Shown here piece by piece: positions 1 through 12,478 of a stretch of DNA of 64,000 nt. A program made the position numbers and the translations under genes. Location of the stretch: the NCBI RefSeq assembly GCF_009914755.1, contig NC_060944.1; one strand, given 5' to 3'. Position 1 is the stretch's first letter. Every line of letters begins with the position of its first letter. This DNA is from the human T2T-CHM13v2.0 reference genome, Homo sapiens. The notes beneath the pieces are model-generated. The model saw only the letters and a program-made list of their open reading frames with translations, was not told the DNA's origin and did no database searches.

Positions 1-419
1 ACTACCCTGTTCATATCAATGATAGAAAAATAGATATGTAAGTTTTATGAGCAACAAATTCAAGTTTGGAAGAAAGAAACATACACATATGGTCACCTGC
101 TATGGGTATTTATAATATTAGATGTAAAGTGTTTATAACAGCAGACTCTTGCCAACATCAGCAGCCATTGACATAAATAGATTACCGTAGATTACTAGAA
201 ATAAATGAAACCCTTGTATTCTATATAGGTGATATTCCAAAAGTAAACAGAATCTTAAAGGCTGAATAGCCCAGGCTCCCTTGTGACTTGAGCCATAGCC
301 ACACTTTTTTTTTTTGCAAGCTTACATACTATTTTGTTTCTGGAATTTTTTAAATGCTTTTGAGTAAAGAGCCTTGTTTATTGTTCAGATAACTGTTTTA
401 TCTGCTATTACTAAATAGG

Positions 420-555
420 GAATCTTCATTTATTCATTACCAGTCACACATTTATTAATTTTGTTTAAAACTATTTATTGTCCTGGTCCTTGGGATATAG
501 TGATAAGTAAGAGCATTAGTCTCTGCTTGCAGGCTCATACTCAACAAGTGGTGAC
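420..555 (-). mobile_element. L2 3' end fragment
   Basis: CATTTATTCATT start followed by the typical antisense L2 tail (TGGGATATAG...GCTCATAC); heavily diverged. Confidence 0.5.
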
Positions 556-944
556 TTTCAATGTACTTTTGTGTTTATGCACACATGGGAAAACTAGAAG
601 CAATAGATTGCGTCTAAAGCAAAATGCTAAGAAAAGAGCTTCTAACTGAAGGCATCTCTATGAGAAGTTTGACTGAATTCAGCTGATTTCCATAATCACA
701 AACACCTACTGAATAACTACCTATGCTTTGTCTTTGGTGAGCCACAAAAGTGCTGAGATTCATTCATAGGGCCCCATTCTAAATGGGATCAGCCTAGTGG
801 GAAAAGACTCTGCAGTCCTCTTAGAATGTGCCATCAATTTTTCCTTCATCTGTGTGCAATTGAGTTGTCCAGCACATACATTTAAGTGCCTATAAGATAT
901 TAACTACATTGCTAGGCAGTGGGAATAAAGAGTGCTGTTAGTCT

Positions 945-1115
945 CTGTCCATTCATCTGCACATCTATCCTTTCACCCATTCATCCAATTCAGATATTTA
1001 ATGAATGATGATCATGTACTAAGTGTTTATGCTAGACTGTGGAGAAAAAATAAAACAACATAGACACACTTTATGACCTCATGGAGCTTACATTACAGAA
1101 GCAGACATAAACAAA
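945..1115 (-). mobile_element. L2 3' end fragment
   Basis: CATTCATC repeats followed by GCTAGACTGTGG...CCTCATGGAGCTTACATT, the antisense L2 tail. Confidence 0.6.
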
Positions 1116-1323
1116 ACATAAGAAAAACAACTAGATATACATGAAATTGACAAATTCTGGTATTTGGAGAGATTTCTATTTTTAGAACTATAAATCTCAA
1201 GAAGTTCTGAGAGACCCTCCTGCTATAAAATGAACAGTCTATGAAGGCAAATATTTTAGAGAAAATGCTGATTCCACAATTATTAGGAAAGATGCCAGAG
1301 GCACCCCCCAGTTTCCCTCCCCT

Positions 1324-1336
1324 ACACACAGACACA

Positions 1337-1378
<42 letters not shown>
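1324..1378. repeat. (CA)n microsatellite
   Basis: Direct reading, ~27 units with two GA interruptions. Confidence 0.98.
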
Positions 1379-1379
<1 letters not shown>

Positions 1380-1749
1380 CAAACAAACAAGAAATAAAGG
1401 AACCAACAACAAATATGAGTTGGTCCTAGAACAGCTTTGAAATGAGGAATCTAAAGGTACCAGAATCAGAATGCTGGGGGTTGATATTGCCGAGGCTGGG
1501 CAGCTGGATTTAAAAATATTTTATAACTTTTCGTAATTTTTCTCTACATGGCCTAGTAAAGAGAAGAATGCCCTGGGCATTCTGTTGATACCCCACAAGG
1601 ACGACTACTCAAGAATTAGGGTTTGAGATGATTCAGCTCTTACCAAGACTGATCTTCGTGAATGGACTGTTTGCTCTCTGCTTGGATTAAGGTGATTTTT
1701 CCCTAACCTAAATGCCTACCAGGTACACAATTAGATCTTCTCTAGAAGA

Positions 1750-2291
1750 ATATAAAGCCATGCAGAGCCTTAATTATTACACTTTTTCAAACTCAATATC
1801 CATTATTTAATAAAATATAATTACTGGGCATATAGGGATAGAAGGACAAATAACTAATGATCAAGACAGAGAGAGAGAAAGAAAGAGACTAGAAGCAGAC
1901 CAATAGGAGAGCCAAATATTGGAATTAATAGATAACAAATTTAAAAATGATTATGATCAATAAATACAGGAAATTAATTGGTAAGATTGATGCACAAAAT
2001 ACACATAGGACATGGTGAAAATGTCAGACACTCTTGAATCCAGTTGGAGTTCCAGAAAAGGAGGAGATGCAACACATGACAAAGCAGTAAGAAAAAAAAA
2101 ACAAACAAAAAACACTCTCAACAAACACACAAACACACACACATTTTAAAGTGTACATTGAATACTTACCAAAATAGATTATAAAATCTTTCTCAATTTT
2201 TTAAAAATTGAGATCTTAGAGCACGTTCTTTAGCCACAATAAAATTAAACTAAAAATCAATAACAGAAAGCTTTCCAGAAAATACTCAAAT
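1750..2291 (+). mobile_element. Old L1M fragments (ORF1 remnant and endonuclease-domain region), host of the L1PA
   Basis: GTTGGAGTTCCAGAA (ORF1-like) and CCACAATAAAATTAAACTAAAAATCAATAACAG (ORF2 EN-like). Confidence 0.65.
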
Positions 2292-2774
2292 ATGTTTTTC
2301 CATTTGTTTGTGTCCTCTCTTATTTCCTTGAGCAGTGTTTTGCAGTCCTCCTTGAACAGGTCCTTCACATCCCTTGTAAGCTGCATTCCTAGGTATTTTA
2401 TTCTCTTTGTAGCAATTGTGAATGGGAGTTCATTCATGATTTGGCTCTCTGCTTGTCTATTATTGGTGTATAGGAATACTTGTGATTTTTGCACACTGAT
2501 TCTGTATCCTGAGACTTTGCTGAAGTTTCTTATCAGCTTAAGGAGATTTTTGGTTGAGATGATACGGTTTTCTAAATACAAAATCATGTCATCTTCAAAC
2601 AGAAAATTTGACTTCCTATTTGTATAGCCTGTATTTCTTTCTCTTGCCTGATTGTCTCGCCCAGAACTTCCAATACTATGTTGAATAGGAGTGATGAGAG
2701 AGAGCATCCTGTCTTATGACGGTTTTCAAAGGGAGTGCTTCCAGCTTTTGCCTATTCAGTATATGATATTGGCT
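2292..2774 (-). mobile_element. L1PA ORF2 reverse-transcriptase segment, inverted 5' part of a twin-primed insertion
   Basis: ORF 2216..2707(-) contains [12 protein letters not shown]...FSKVSGY...IKYLG...DTNKWKNI, which is L1 ORF2p RT. Confidence 0.93.
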
Positions 2775-4363
2775 AAAATATTACATCCTCATGGATAGGA
2801 AGAATCAATATGGTGAAAATGGCCATACTGCCTAAAGTAATTTATAGATTCAACGCTATTCCCATCAAACTACCACTGACATTCTTCACAGAATTAGAAA
2901 ATACTGCTTTAAATTTCATATGGAATGAAAAAAGAGCCAATATAGCCAAGACAATCCTAAGCAAAAAGAACAAAGCTGGAGGCATCATGCTACCTGACTT
3001 TAAACTACACTGCAAGGCTACAGTAACCAAAACAGCATGATACTGGTATCAAAACAGATATATAGACCAAGGAAACAGAACAGAGACCTCAGAAATAACA
3101 CCACACATCTACAACCATCTGATCTTTGACAAACCTGACAAAAACAAGGAATGGGGAAAGAATTCCCTATTTAATCAATGGTACTGGGAAAACTGGCTAG
3201 CCATATGCAGAAAACTGAAACTGGAGGGCTTCCTTACACCTTTTACAAAAATTAACCCAAGATGGATTAAAGACTTAAATGTAAAACCCAAAACCATACA
3301 AACCCTAGAAGAAAACCTAGGCAATACCATTCAGGACATAGGCATGGGCAAAGACTACATGACAAAAACACCAAAAGCAATTGCAACAAAAGCCAAAATT
3401 GACAAATGGGATCTAATTAAAGAGCTTCTGCACAGCAAAATAAACTAGCATCAGAGTGAACAGGCAGCCTACAGAATGGGAGAAAATGTTTGCAATCTAC
3501 CCGTCTAACAAAGGTCTAATATCCAGAATCTACAAGGAACTTACACAAATTTATAAGAAAAAAAACAAACAATCCCATTTAAAAGTGGGCAGAAGGTATG
3601 GACAGACACTTCTCAAAAGAAGACATTTATTCAGTCGATGAACATGAAAAAAGCTCAACATAACGGATCATTTGAGCAATGCAAATCAAAACCACAGTGA
3701 GATACAATCTCAAGCCAGTCAGAATGGTGATTATTAAAAAGTCAAGAAACAATAGATGCTGGTGAGGCTGTGGAGAAATAGGAAAACACCTTTACACTTT
3801 TGGTGGGAATAGAAATTAGTCCAACCATTGTGGAAGACAGTGTGGCAAGTCCTCAACGATCAAGAACCAGAAATACCATTTGACCCAGCAATTCCATTAA
3901 TGGGTGTATATCCAAAGGAATATAAATTATTCTACTATAAAGACACATGTACATATATGTTTACTGCAGCATTATTTACAATAGCAAAGACATCAAATGA
4001 CAATCAGAGATAGTCTGGATAAAGATAATGTGATACATATATATATATATATCATGGAATACTGTGAATATTTGGAATATAAATTATTCTACTATAAAGA
4101 CACATGTACATATATGTTTATTGCAGCACTATTTACAATAGCAAAGACCCAAATGCCCATCAATGATAGACTGGATAAAGATAATGTGGTACATATACAC
4201 CATGGAATACTACACAGCCATAAAAAAGAATGAGATCATGTCCTTTGCAAGGAGATGGATGAAGCCGGAAGCCATCATCTTCAGCAAACTAACACAGAAA
4301 CAGAAAACCAAACATTACATGTTCTCACTCATAAGTGGGAGTTGAACAGTGAGAACACACAGG
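2775..4363 (+). mobile_element. L1PA (about PA7-PA10 age) ORF2 C-terminus and partial 3' UTR, degenerate and 3'-truncated
   Basis: ORF2p peptides [45 protein letters not shown]; ends at GAGAACACACAGGA with no poly(A). Confidence 0.95.
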
Positions 4364-5865
4364 ATAAAACAAGGAAGATTAAAATATATTTTAAACTGAA
4401 TAATAACAAAGACACATCATTTCAAATGCTCACAGAACATCCACCAATATAGATTATATATTATATATAATGAGTTCATAACAATTCTCAGTAAGTTTAA
4501 AATATTTGAAATTTTACATAGTATGTTCTCTAACACAACAGTATTAAAAAATTAATAGCACAGAGATTTCTGAAAAAATCACTAAATATTTGAAATGTAA
4601 ATATTATACTTCTAAATACATGGTTCAAGTAAAAAGCAGCATAAAACATAACATATATTTTGAATTAAATGATACTGAAAACACAGAATGACAAAATTTG
4701 TGGGATGTAACTAAATCTGTACTAGAGGGAAATTCATAGCTTCAACTTCTTATACTAGCAAAGAAAAAAAAGGATTTTAATTTCAGTGATCTGGTTAAGT
4801 GTTAAGAAACATCTAGAGGTTACAACACTCTTCATGGTGAAATATAAGGGCATACCCCTCTAACCACCTACATGCAACGTAATCCTGGAGAGCCTATCCA
4901 TGAGACTCCACATAGAAAACTCTAAAAAAATTTTTTTAAATACTAAAACCTACAAGTGAATTTAGTGACATTGTAGGATACAAAGTCAATACACACAAAT
5001 CAATAGTATTTTACATAATAGCTGAGGACACATGGAAACAAAATTTAAGACCACACCAGTCACAATAGCTTCAAGAAGAATGTAATATTGAGAAGAAAAT
5101 TGACAAAATATGTGCAAACCCTATATACTGAAAAACACTAAATAAATCTTGGTGGATATTAAGGCTAAATTTTTTTAGATGCCAGTTTTACTCAAGTTGA
5201 TCTAGAGATTCAACACAATCCCATTCAAAATCTCCACATGGCTATTTTACAGATATTTAAAATTTTATTTTTTAATTTATATGGAAAGTTAAAGAATAGC
5301 CAAAGCACTGTTGTAAAAGAATAACAAAGTTGGAGAGCTACTTAATACATTATTTGATTTCTAGATTTACTATAAAAATAGTTATCAAGATGGCATGATA
5401 TTGATGTAAGCATAGATATGTAAATCAATAGAAGAATAGTGAGCCCAGAAATATATTAACACATGTGAGCTAAACAGATTTTTGACAATGATACCAAGGT
5501 GATTTAATGGGGGAAATGATAGTTGTTCAAAAAATGGTGCTGAAATAACATCCACATGAAAATAAATCTCAAATTTTACTTCATCCTCTGTGTAAAATCA
5601 CTCAAAATGGATCATATACCTATATAAAACCTAAAACTACAAAAGTTTTAAAAGAGAATACAAGATAAAATCTTTAAGTACTTGAATTTGGCAAAAATTT
5701 CTTTGATAGAAAATGGTTTACGCTAACTATAAAAGAAAATAAAATGATAAACTGGACTTATAAAAATTAGACTTCTTTTCAGAAAGTGCCATTGAAAGAT
5801 AATGAAAAGGCAAAGGTACAGACTGGAAGAAAATGTCTGTAACATATATATCTGAGAAAGACAGA
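4364..5865 (+). mobile_element. Old L1M ORF2 fragments
   Basis: EN-like CAAAATTTGTGGGATG, RT-like GGATACAAAGTCAATACACACAAATCAATAG, later GATTCAACACAATCCCATTCAAAATC and TCAAAATGGATCATATACCTA. Confidence 0.8.
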
Positions 5866-6326
5866 GTGAGGAGTACAAAAAATTAACTGGGGAGGAGAGA
5901 CATGCTAGAGAACAAGAATTTGCTGAACACTTTTTATGTATCTGATACTGTACTTAACTTTGTTTTTAAAGATAAACTATTGGAGCTTAGAGAAGCTTTC
6001 CCAAAGTGTGACAACTAAGGTATTCAGTCTTTCCTTCCATTCTTTAACAGATGAGTCTCCCTTGGTCTTACTAAAATATTACTAATAAGGGAACAAGTTG
6101 GTCCTTTAGTGTTTTTTTAAGGAAGACTAGAGGATAGGAAGCTGGGCATGGCTACATGTGAGATCACGAAGACACTTATAGAAATCCTTTTCCTTCTTAT
6201 TCTGTCCCTGAAACCATATGCATTTATAGTGGTTTTTATTCTTCCTGATTTATTTTGAGGTCTACCCTAAGCTGTAAGCCCTAGGATAAGTCTATTCAAT
6301 CTATAAAATCTAACTAGAGTTGGTAA

Positions 6327-6533
<207 letters not shown>

Positions 6534-6656
6534 TACAGCCAATAATTTAATACTAGATAATGTTTAACCACTATATTTGAATTTTACCATTAATTTCCAC
6601 TTTTCCCTTTTAAATCTAAGGTGTGACTCCATAACAATAGATTTCAGTCTTGTCTT

Positions 6657-6823
6657 TCATCCTTGCTACTGGAAGTGTGAACCATGGCCCAATAGCATTG
6701 GCATCACCTGGGAGCTTATTAGAAATGGGAAAGTCAGGACCCACCCTACACCTACTTCATCAGAATCTTCAGTTTAATTAGGTCTCAGCTTATTCAAATA
6801 CACATTAAAATTTGGGAACCCTG
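6657..6823 (+). mobile_element. MER5A/MER5A1 (hAT-Charlie MITE)
   Basis: GCATCACCTGGGAGCTTATTAGAAATG...CCTACTTCATCAGAATCT...CACATTAAAATTTGGGAACCCTG. Confidence 0.85.
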
Positions 6824-6889
6824 CTGTTTATGACCACATAGAAAAACAGGAAACAGGATTGCTTCCTGCTCCTGTAACTACAAAGGTAT

Positions 6890-7122
6890 GAAAGCACATC
6901 CTTGGGATGTCTAGACTATAGTCTACCACTCTACTGGACTTTACTGCTTGCGGACCATGTAGAAAACTTTAGACAGGTCGTTTAGCATCTCTCAGTCTCA
7001 ATTTCCTAACTATAAACAGGATGAGTACATTGTCTTCATAGACTTGCTGTGAGGATTAAATGAGATAACATTCATAAAATACCCAAGGCAAATGCTGACA
7101 CGGTGTTGGTTTTCAATATATG
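6890..7122 (+). mobile_element. MIR
   Basis: Core TCTCTCAGTCTCAATTTCCTAACTATAAA and GTGAGGATTAAATGAGATAA. Confidence 0.85.
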
Positions 7123-7741
7123 CAGTCTTTTCAAGTGGTCAATAAAGAATGATTCTATTTTGCATGAAATAAATAACAAAAGTCAGTGCCTTAAAGCCAA
7201 TGCAAACCCTTGACATTTCCTCACATCAAGGAGCAGGATCATTTGCCTCTTTCTCTATGTGTTATTTTTTTCTTTGTGCAATGGTCTCAGTCTATGAGTG
7301 GGGGCAGGCAGTGCTAGGAAGAGCCATTGCCTTTTAGATTGTGACCTCCCCCCATCCATGTCCCCAAACGGCCTACTTAATAACAAGAGCAGTAACGGGG
7401 TTCATTATGCATGCAGCTCTGCAATCATTGCTGAGGAGAAAATTAGTTTGATGCCCTGAGCGACAGTTGAACTCTAGAAAGTGCCTAAATAAAATAAAAG
7501 ACAAGGAAAATATATACATACACATAAATATAATAAAGAGTGCAGTGAGAAAAGTTATGAAGAGGCCAATTTCAAAACTTGCCCTTTTCCTGGTGCTTCT
7601 TGATTTTTTAGGAATGGTGTGTTGGTTACTAAAAAGTCTGTTTATTTAACCAAAAGTTGCCTTGTCTCTAGCATTGTGCAGGTCCATGGGAGGTCTGGGA
7701 GGCTCAAGCATGTACACACATGCATATCTTAAAACAACACA

Positions 7742-8060
7742 GATGAATCTGGAAGCCATCATCCTCAGCAAACTGACACAGGAACAGAAAACAAAACACC
7801 TCATGTTCTCACTCATAAGTGGGAGTTGAACAATGAGAACACATGGACACAGGGAGGGGAACAACACACACCAAGGCCAGTAGGGGGATGGGGGCTGATG
7901 GGAGGAAGAGCATTAGGGCAAACAGCCAATGCATGCGAGGCTTTAAACCTAGATGATGGGTTGATAAGTGCAGCAAACCACCATGGCTCACCTATGCCTA
8001 CATAACAAACCTACACGTTCTGCACTTGTATACCGGAATTAAATAATAATAATCATCATC
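7742..8060 (+). mobile_element. L1PA (PA8-PA13-like) 3' end
   Basis: ATGTTCTCACTCATAAGTGGGAG...AAACCTAGATGATGGGTTGATA...CACGTTCTGCACTTGTA with decayed (TAA)n tail. Confidence 0.93.
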
Positions 8061-8099
8061 ATAATCGTAGGTTGCCTTCTATGAATTGTTAAAAAAAAG

Positions 8100-9150
8100 A
8101 TTGTTTTGCCATTATTTTTGGTTTACAGAAGAGTTGCAAAGGAAGTGTAGTGTTGTCATACAGCCTTCACCTAGCTTCTAATGTTAACATCTTCTATAAC
8201 CACAGTAAATTTATCAAAACTAAGACATTAACATTCATGTACACTATTAACTAAGTGTAATAGGCATTCTTTGGATCTCCCCTCTTTGGTTTTTCTGGAC
8301 CTGGATCTAATCCAAGACATATTGCATTTAGTAATGTATGCTTAGTCTTCTCCAGTCTAGAAGAGTTTCTGTCTTTCCTTGAATTTCATGACCTTAATGC
8401 TTTTGAAAAGTACCAGTCTGATATTTTGTATAATGTCCTTAATTTTGAGTTTATCTGATGTTTTCTCATGAACAGACTGAGGTTATTAATTTGGGGGAAT
8501 GAATACCACAGAGGTCATGTACCCTTCTGATATAGTTTGGATGTGAGTCCCTGCCCAAATCTTGTATTAGAATATAATCCCCAGTGTTGGAGGTGGGGCC
8601 TGGTGGAAGTGACCGGATCATGGGGGCAGATTTCTCATGAGTGATTTAGCACCAGCCCCCTTGGTATTGTCCTAGGAGGACATGAGTGACTTATCCTGAG
8701 ATCTGGTCATTTAAAAATGTGTAACACCTCTCCTTCTCTCTCTTGCTCCTGCTCTGGCCATGTGATATGCCTGCTCCCCCTTTGCCTTCCACTATGATTG
8801 CGTTCCTTGAGGCCTCCCCAGAAGCTGAGCAGATGCCAGAATCATGCTTCCTGTACAACTTGCAGAACTATGAGCCAATTAAATCTCTTCTCTTTATAAA
8901 TTATCCAGTCTCATGTATTTCCTTATAGCAATGTGAGAATGGCCTAATACATCATCTCATCACATCTTATCAGTGGCACGTGATATTAAAATGTCTTATT
9001 ACTGGTGATATTAACTTTGATTATGTAGTTAATGAATGTCTCCAAATTCCCTTCTGTAAAGTTATTATTTCCCCCTTTCTCTACCCTGTTATTAATATTT
9101 ATAAGAAGGTTACTAAGTCTAGTTCACAGTTAAAGGGAGGGGAAGGGAGA
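8100..9150 (-). mobile_element. L1MC-like 3' region, interrupted by an MST LTR
   Basis: TTTACAGAAGAGTTGCAAA, AATGTTAACATCTT, ACTGGTGATATTAACTTTGATTA. Confidence 0.75.
8528..8951 (+). mobile_element. MSTB-like solo LTR (ERVL-MaLR)
   Basis: TGATATAGTTTGGATG start, GAGGCCTCCCCAGAAGC, CTAATACA end; degraded 5-bp TSD CCTTC/TCATC. Confidence 0.9.
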
Positions 9151-9451
9151 TGGGAGGTGTAGTGAGACACAAGACCTCTTATAAAGACAAGATGCATGTT
9201 TCAGAAATCATTAGCTCACCAAGAGGCCATGACAGGATGGACTTCTATTCAGGATTAAAAGAAAATAAGTCATAGAGTTGATAAACACATGATTTGGTGA
9301 GGGCTTCCATTTAGGCAAAGTTGTTGCCCTTCAATGATTGTGACTTTTTTCTCCTTTCTTCTAAGATTTTTTGTGATTGTTTTAACCTTCTGGTGAATTA
9401 TCATGGTGATAGCAGCATTTTTGCCTTGTGCAATGCTTTAAATGGTATAAT

Positions 9452-9453
<2 letters not shown>

Positions 9454-9498
<45 letters not shown>
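9454..9498. repeat. (CA)n microsatellite
   Basis: ~22 uninterrupted units. Confidence 0.98.
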
Positions 9499-9499
<1 letters not shown>

Positions 9500-9610
9500 T
9501 CGTATATATAATCCCTCCTATCTTTTTTTCCTAGTTTTTCCTTTTGCTTTGAAAACCATACACTTCTCCAGCATACTGTTACTACTACTTAAAAAGTATC
9601 TTAGCCATTT

Positions 9611-9913
9611 CTTTTTTTAACTTTTAACTTTTAAATTCAGGGGTACAAGCTCAGGATTTTTACTTAGGTAAACATGTCATGGGGGTTTGTTGTACAGATT
9701 ATTTCATCACCCAGGTATTAACCCTAGTACCCATTAGTTGTTTGTTTCCCAATCCTCTCCCTCCTCCCATCCTCCACCCTCTGAAAGGTCCCAGTGTGTG
9801 TTTTTCCCCTCTGTGTGTCCATGTGTTCTCATCATTTAGCTCGCACTTATAAATGACAACATGCAGTATTTGGTTTTCTGTTCCTGCGTTAGTTTGCTAA
9901 GGATAATGGCCAT
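9611..9913 (-). mobile_element. L1PA13-16-like 3' end with perfect 14-bp TSD
   Basis: Antisense L1 3' UTR; TATCTTAGCCATTT at 9597-9610 and 9914-9927. Confidence 0.93.
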
Positions 9914-11106
9914 TATCTTAGCCATTTGAAAATAATGATTTAACCTCTCTCACCTTCATTGTCATTTTAGAAGAAACTACCATTTGGTGTCCTGCTGAGA
10001 CAAGGTATGTAGTTCGCTTTTATTTTTCTTTCTTTATGTACATGTAGAAACAAACATACAGTTCTAAGTTTTGAAAATTAAAGGTTTAGGGACATATTTG
10101 TGTTACTTTAACATTAATTTTATATTACATATCTTTGCAAAATGCTGAAATTTGCACTTATTTTAGCCAGGTAGAAAAAAATAGGAATGGATTTTTAAAA
10201 ACTGTTTTTGGTGCTTTACTGAAAGTTGTTTTCCCCCTTTCACCTTTATTTGATATGAATTTTGTCCCTTAACCAAAAGGAAGCACATTTTTCAAATTTT
10301 CTTCTCTTCCCATACTTTGGCTCCTTGCAACCAAGAACAGCATAATTTTCTATATTTTTTTATTTTACAAAGAATTATCTTTTCCTTTAGGGTAAAGCAA
10401 CTGCTTTCATTCATTAAAAAGAAAAGCAAAAATAAATAAAACACATTTTTAAAAAGCAAACAAAAAAGTACACAGCTTATTCTTGTAAAAACTTTATCGA
10501 CATGGCTATTTTCTCTTCTAGCGTTTCAGGTTTTAGATTAAAAGCCTCAGATTAGACAAATTTTTGTTCCTCCCAAGATGCCAACATATTTGTATTTATA
10601 TATTTTAAAAATTCTTGTAAGTTTTATTATTTTCTGCCAAAATGATTTTAGCATTTAAAAATCCTTATCATTAAAAAGGTAAAGAATATAGACCATTAAT
10701 TCTATTATTTTTATGTACTTCTCAGTAAATCTCTGCAATTTACCAATACAGTTTCTCCCCCATATTATGGAAATGTCTCTTATTACAAATGTGGTTATTG
10801 TCTTTCTTTTCATTTTCCTAATCTTTCCAAGACTCTTTCCTCAGGAGAACCTATTATTTCTATTTTAGGTCTCTATTCTTTGTTCATTCTAAAATTTTCT
10901 TTCTTGCCATTTTTATCTCATTGTTCTCCTACTTTTTATTCTCAGATGTTTTCTCAAAATATCCTCCTCGCTACTGATTCAACATCCCTACAATCTCAAT
11001 TATACTCTTCTCTGTGCTCGATGTGAATATTGCTGGGATTTTAAAAATGTTCACTAATCCTTAATTCAGTTTATCTCTAAAAATGTGTGTGTGGGTGAGT
11101 GTAGGG

Positions 11107-11174
11107 AAATGTAGGGAAAAGAAATAATTAAGGAACACACACTGTCTCCTTAATTATTTCTTTTCTCTACATTT
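11107..11174. repeat. Inverted repeat: 28-bp arms, 1 mismatch, 12-nt loop
   Basis: AAATGTAGGGAAAAGAAATAATTAAGGA / TCCTTAATTATTTCTTTTCTCTACATTT. Confidence 0.95.
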
Positions 11175-11819
11175 AAGGGTCATATCTTTCTACATATTTG
11201 AGTATAATAGTTTCTTAAAATTTTCTTTTGAATACTGCAATTACTGACAGTAGCTTACTTTTTTTGAGATTTCTGAAACTTATCTTTCCTATCTATTGAG
11301 CCTTGTAAGTTCTCTTTACACGTATGTTTATGTCTATATCTACTTGTCTATCTGTGTATCTATCTTTGTAGAAAGAAAGACTTGGACAAGTTACTTGCAA
11401 GGAAGTTATTGGACAGTTTTTTTTGTGAAATATTGTCTATTTTCATCTTTGAAAATGTGATAACTGATATTATATATATGAACTTTAAAAAATTAATATA
11501 GGCATTAAAATGGTTTCACATTCATTATTGGAATTTCTTTAATAAATTGCCTGTTGATGTATTTTCCTATTTTTTCTCTTGAGGCATTCATAATTTTATA
11601 GTTAATTTTCAAACCTTCTTTGCTTACCAAGAATATTAATACTTTTTCTGGAAAATGCCTAGCAAAGACTTTTTGTCCATTTAAAAATGTTCCACTGTTT
11701 CTTGTTATTTATGACTTAATGACATTTCAGAACTTTAATACACTAATATCCATAAATCTCTTCCTTTTTCCTTAGAAAATATTTTCACAACTCAAGACAA
11801 GTTAAATATCCACTTATGG

Positions 11820-12106
11820 GAACAGTGCTGAAGGCCTGGACTAGGATGGTAGCAATGGAGACAGACTAAAGGTCAGCATAACAGTCAACATTAAGGGGGT
11901 TGAATCAACAGCACATAGTACCTGATTGGAAATACAGAGTAAATTACAGTGAGAAGTGAGTTGCTGTCCAGATTTCTATCTTGGATATGTAGACAGATGA
12001 TGGTCAGCAAGCAAGAAAACAGGCAGAACAATTTTAGAAACTAAGAAAATGTATTTCCAATGGAACTAATTAAATCAGAGTCTGTAAATAGCATTGTAAG
12101 ATATAG
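11820..12106 (-). mobile_element. L2 fragment
   Basis: GGCCTGGACTAGGATGGTAGCAATGGAGA and GAATCAACAG...TGATTGGA resemble antisense L2. Confidence 0.6.
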
Positions 12107-12111
12107 GAGGC

Positions 12112-12478
12112 TGATATGGTTTGGATTTGTGTCCCTGCCTAAATCTCATGTCAAATTATATCTCCAATGTTGGAGAAGAGGCCTAGTGGGGGGTAATTGG
12201 ATCATGGAGCTGGATTTTCCCTTTGCTGTTCTCATGACAGTGGGTTCTCATGAGATCTGGTTGTTTAAAAGTGTGTAGCACCTCCCCCTTCTGTCTTTTC
12301 CTCCTGCTCTGACCATGCAAGATGTGACTGCTTCTCCTTTCACCATGATTGAAAGTTTCCTGAGGCGCCCCCAGCCATGCTTTCTGTACAGCCCATGGAA
12401 CTGTCAGCCAATTAAACCTCTTTTTAAAATAAATTACCCTGTTTCAGATATTTATCAGTGCATGAACGGACTAATACA
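12112..12478 (+). mobile_element. MSTA-like solo LTR
   Basis: TGATATGGTTTGGATTTGTGTCCC...GAACGGACTAATACA with perfect TSD GAGGC (12107-12111, 12479-12483). Confidence 0.93.

Noticed and set aside
2216-4345. ORFs with reverse-transcriptase-like and other L1 ORF2p peptides
   Set aside because: Fragmented, frameshifted and partly inverted L1 relic with the catalytic FADD motif altered to FEDD; not a functional CDS
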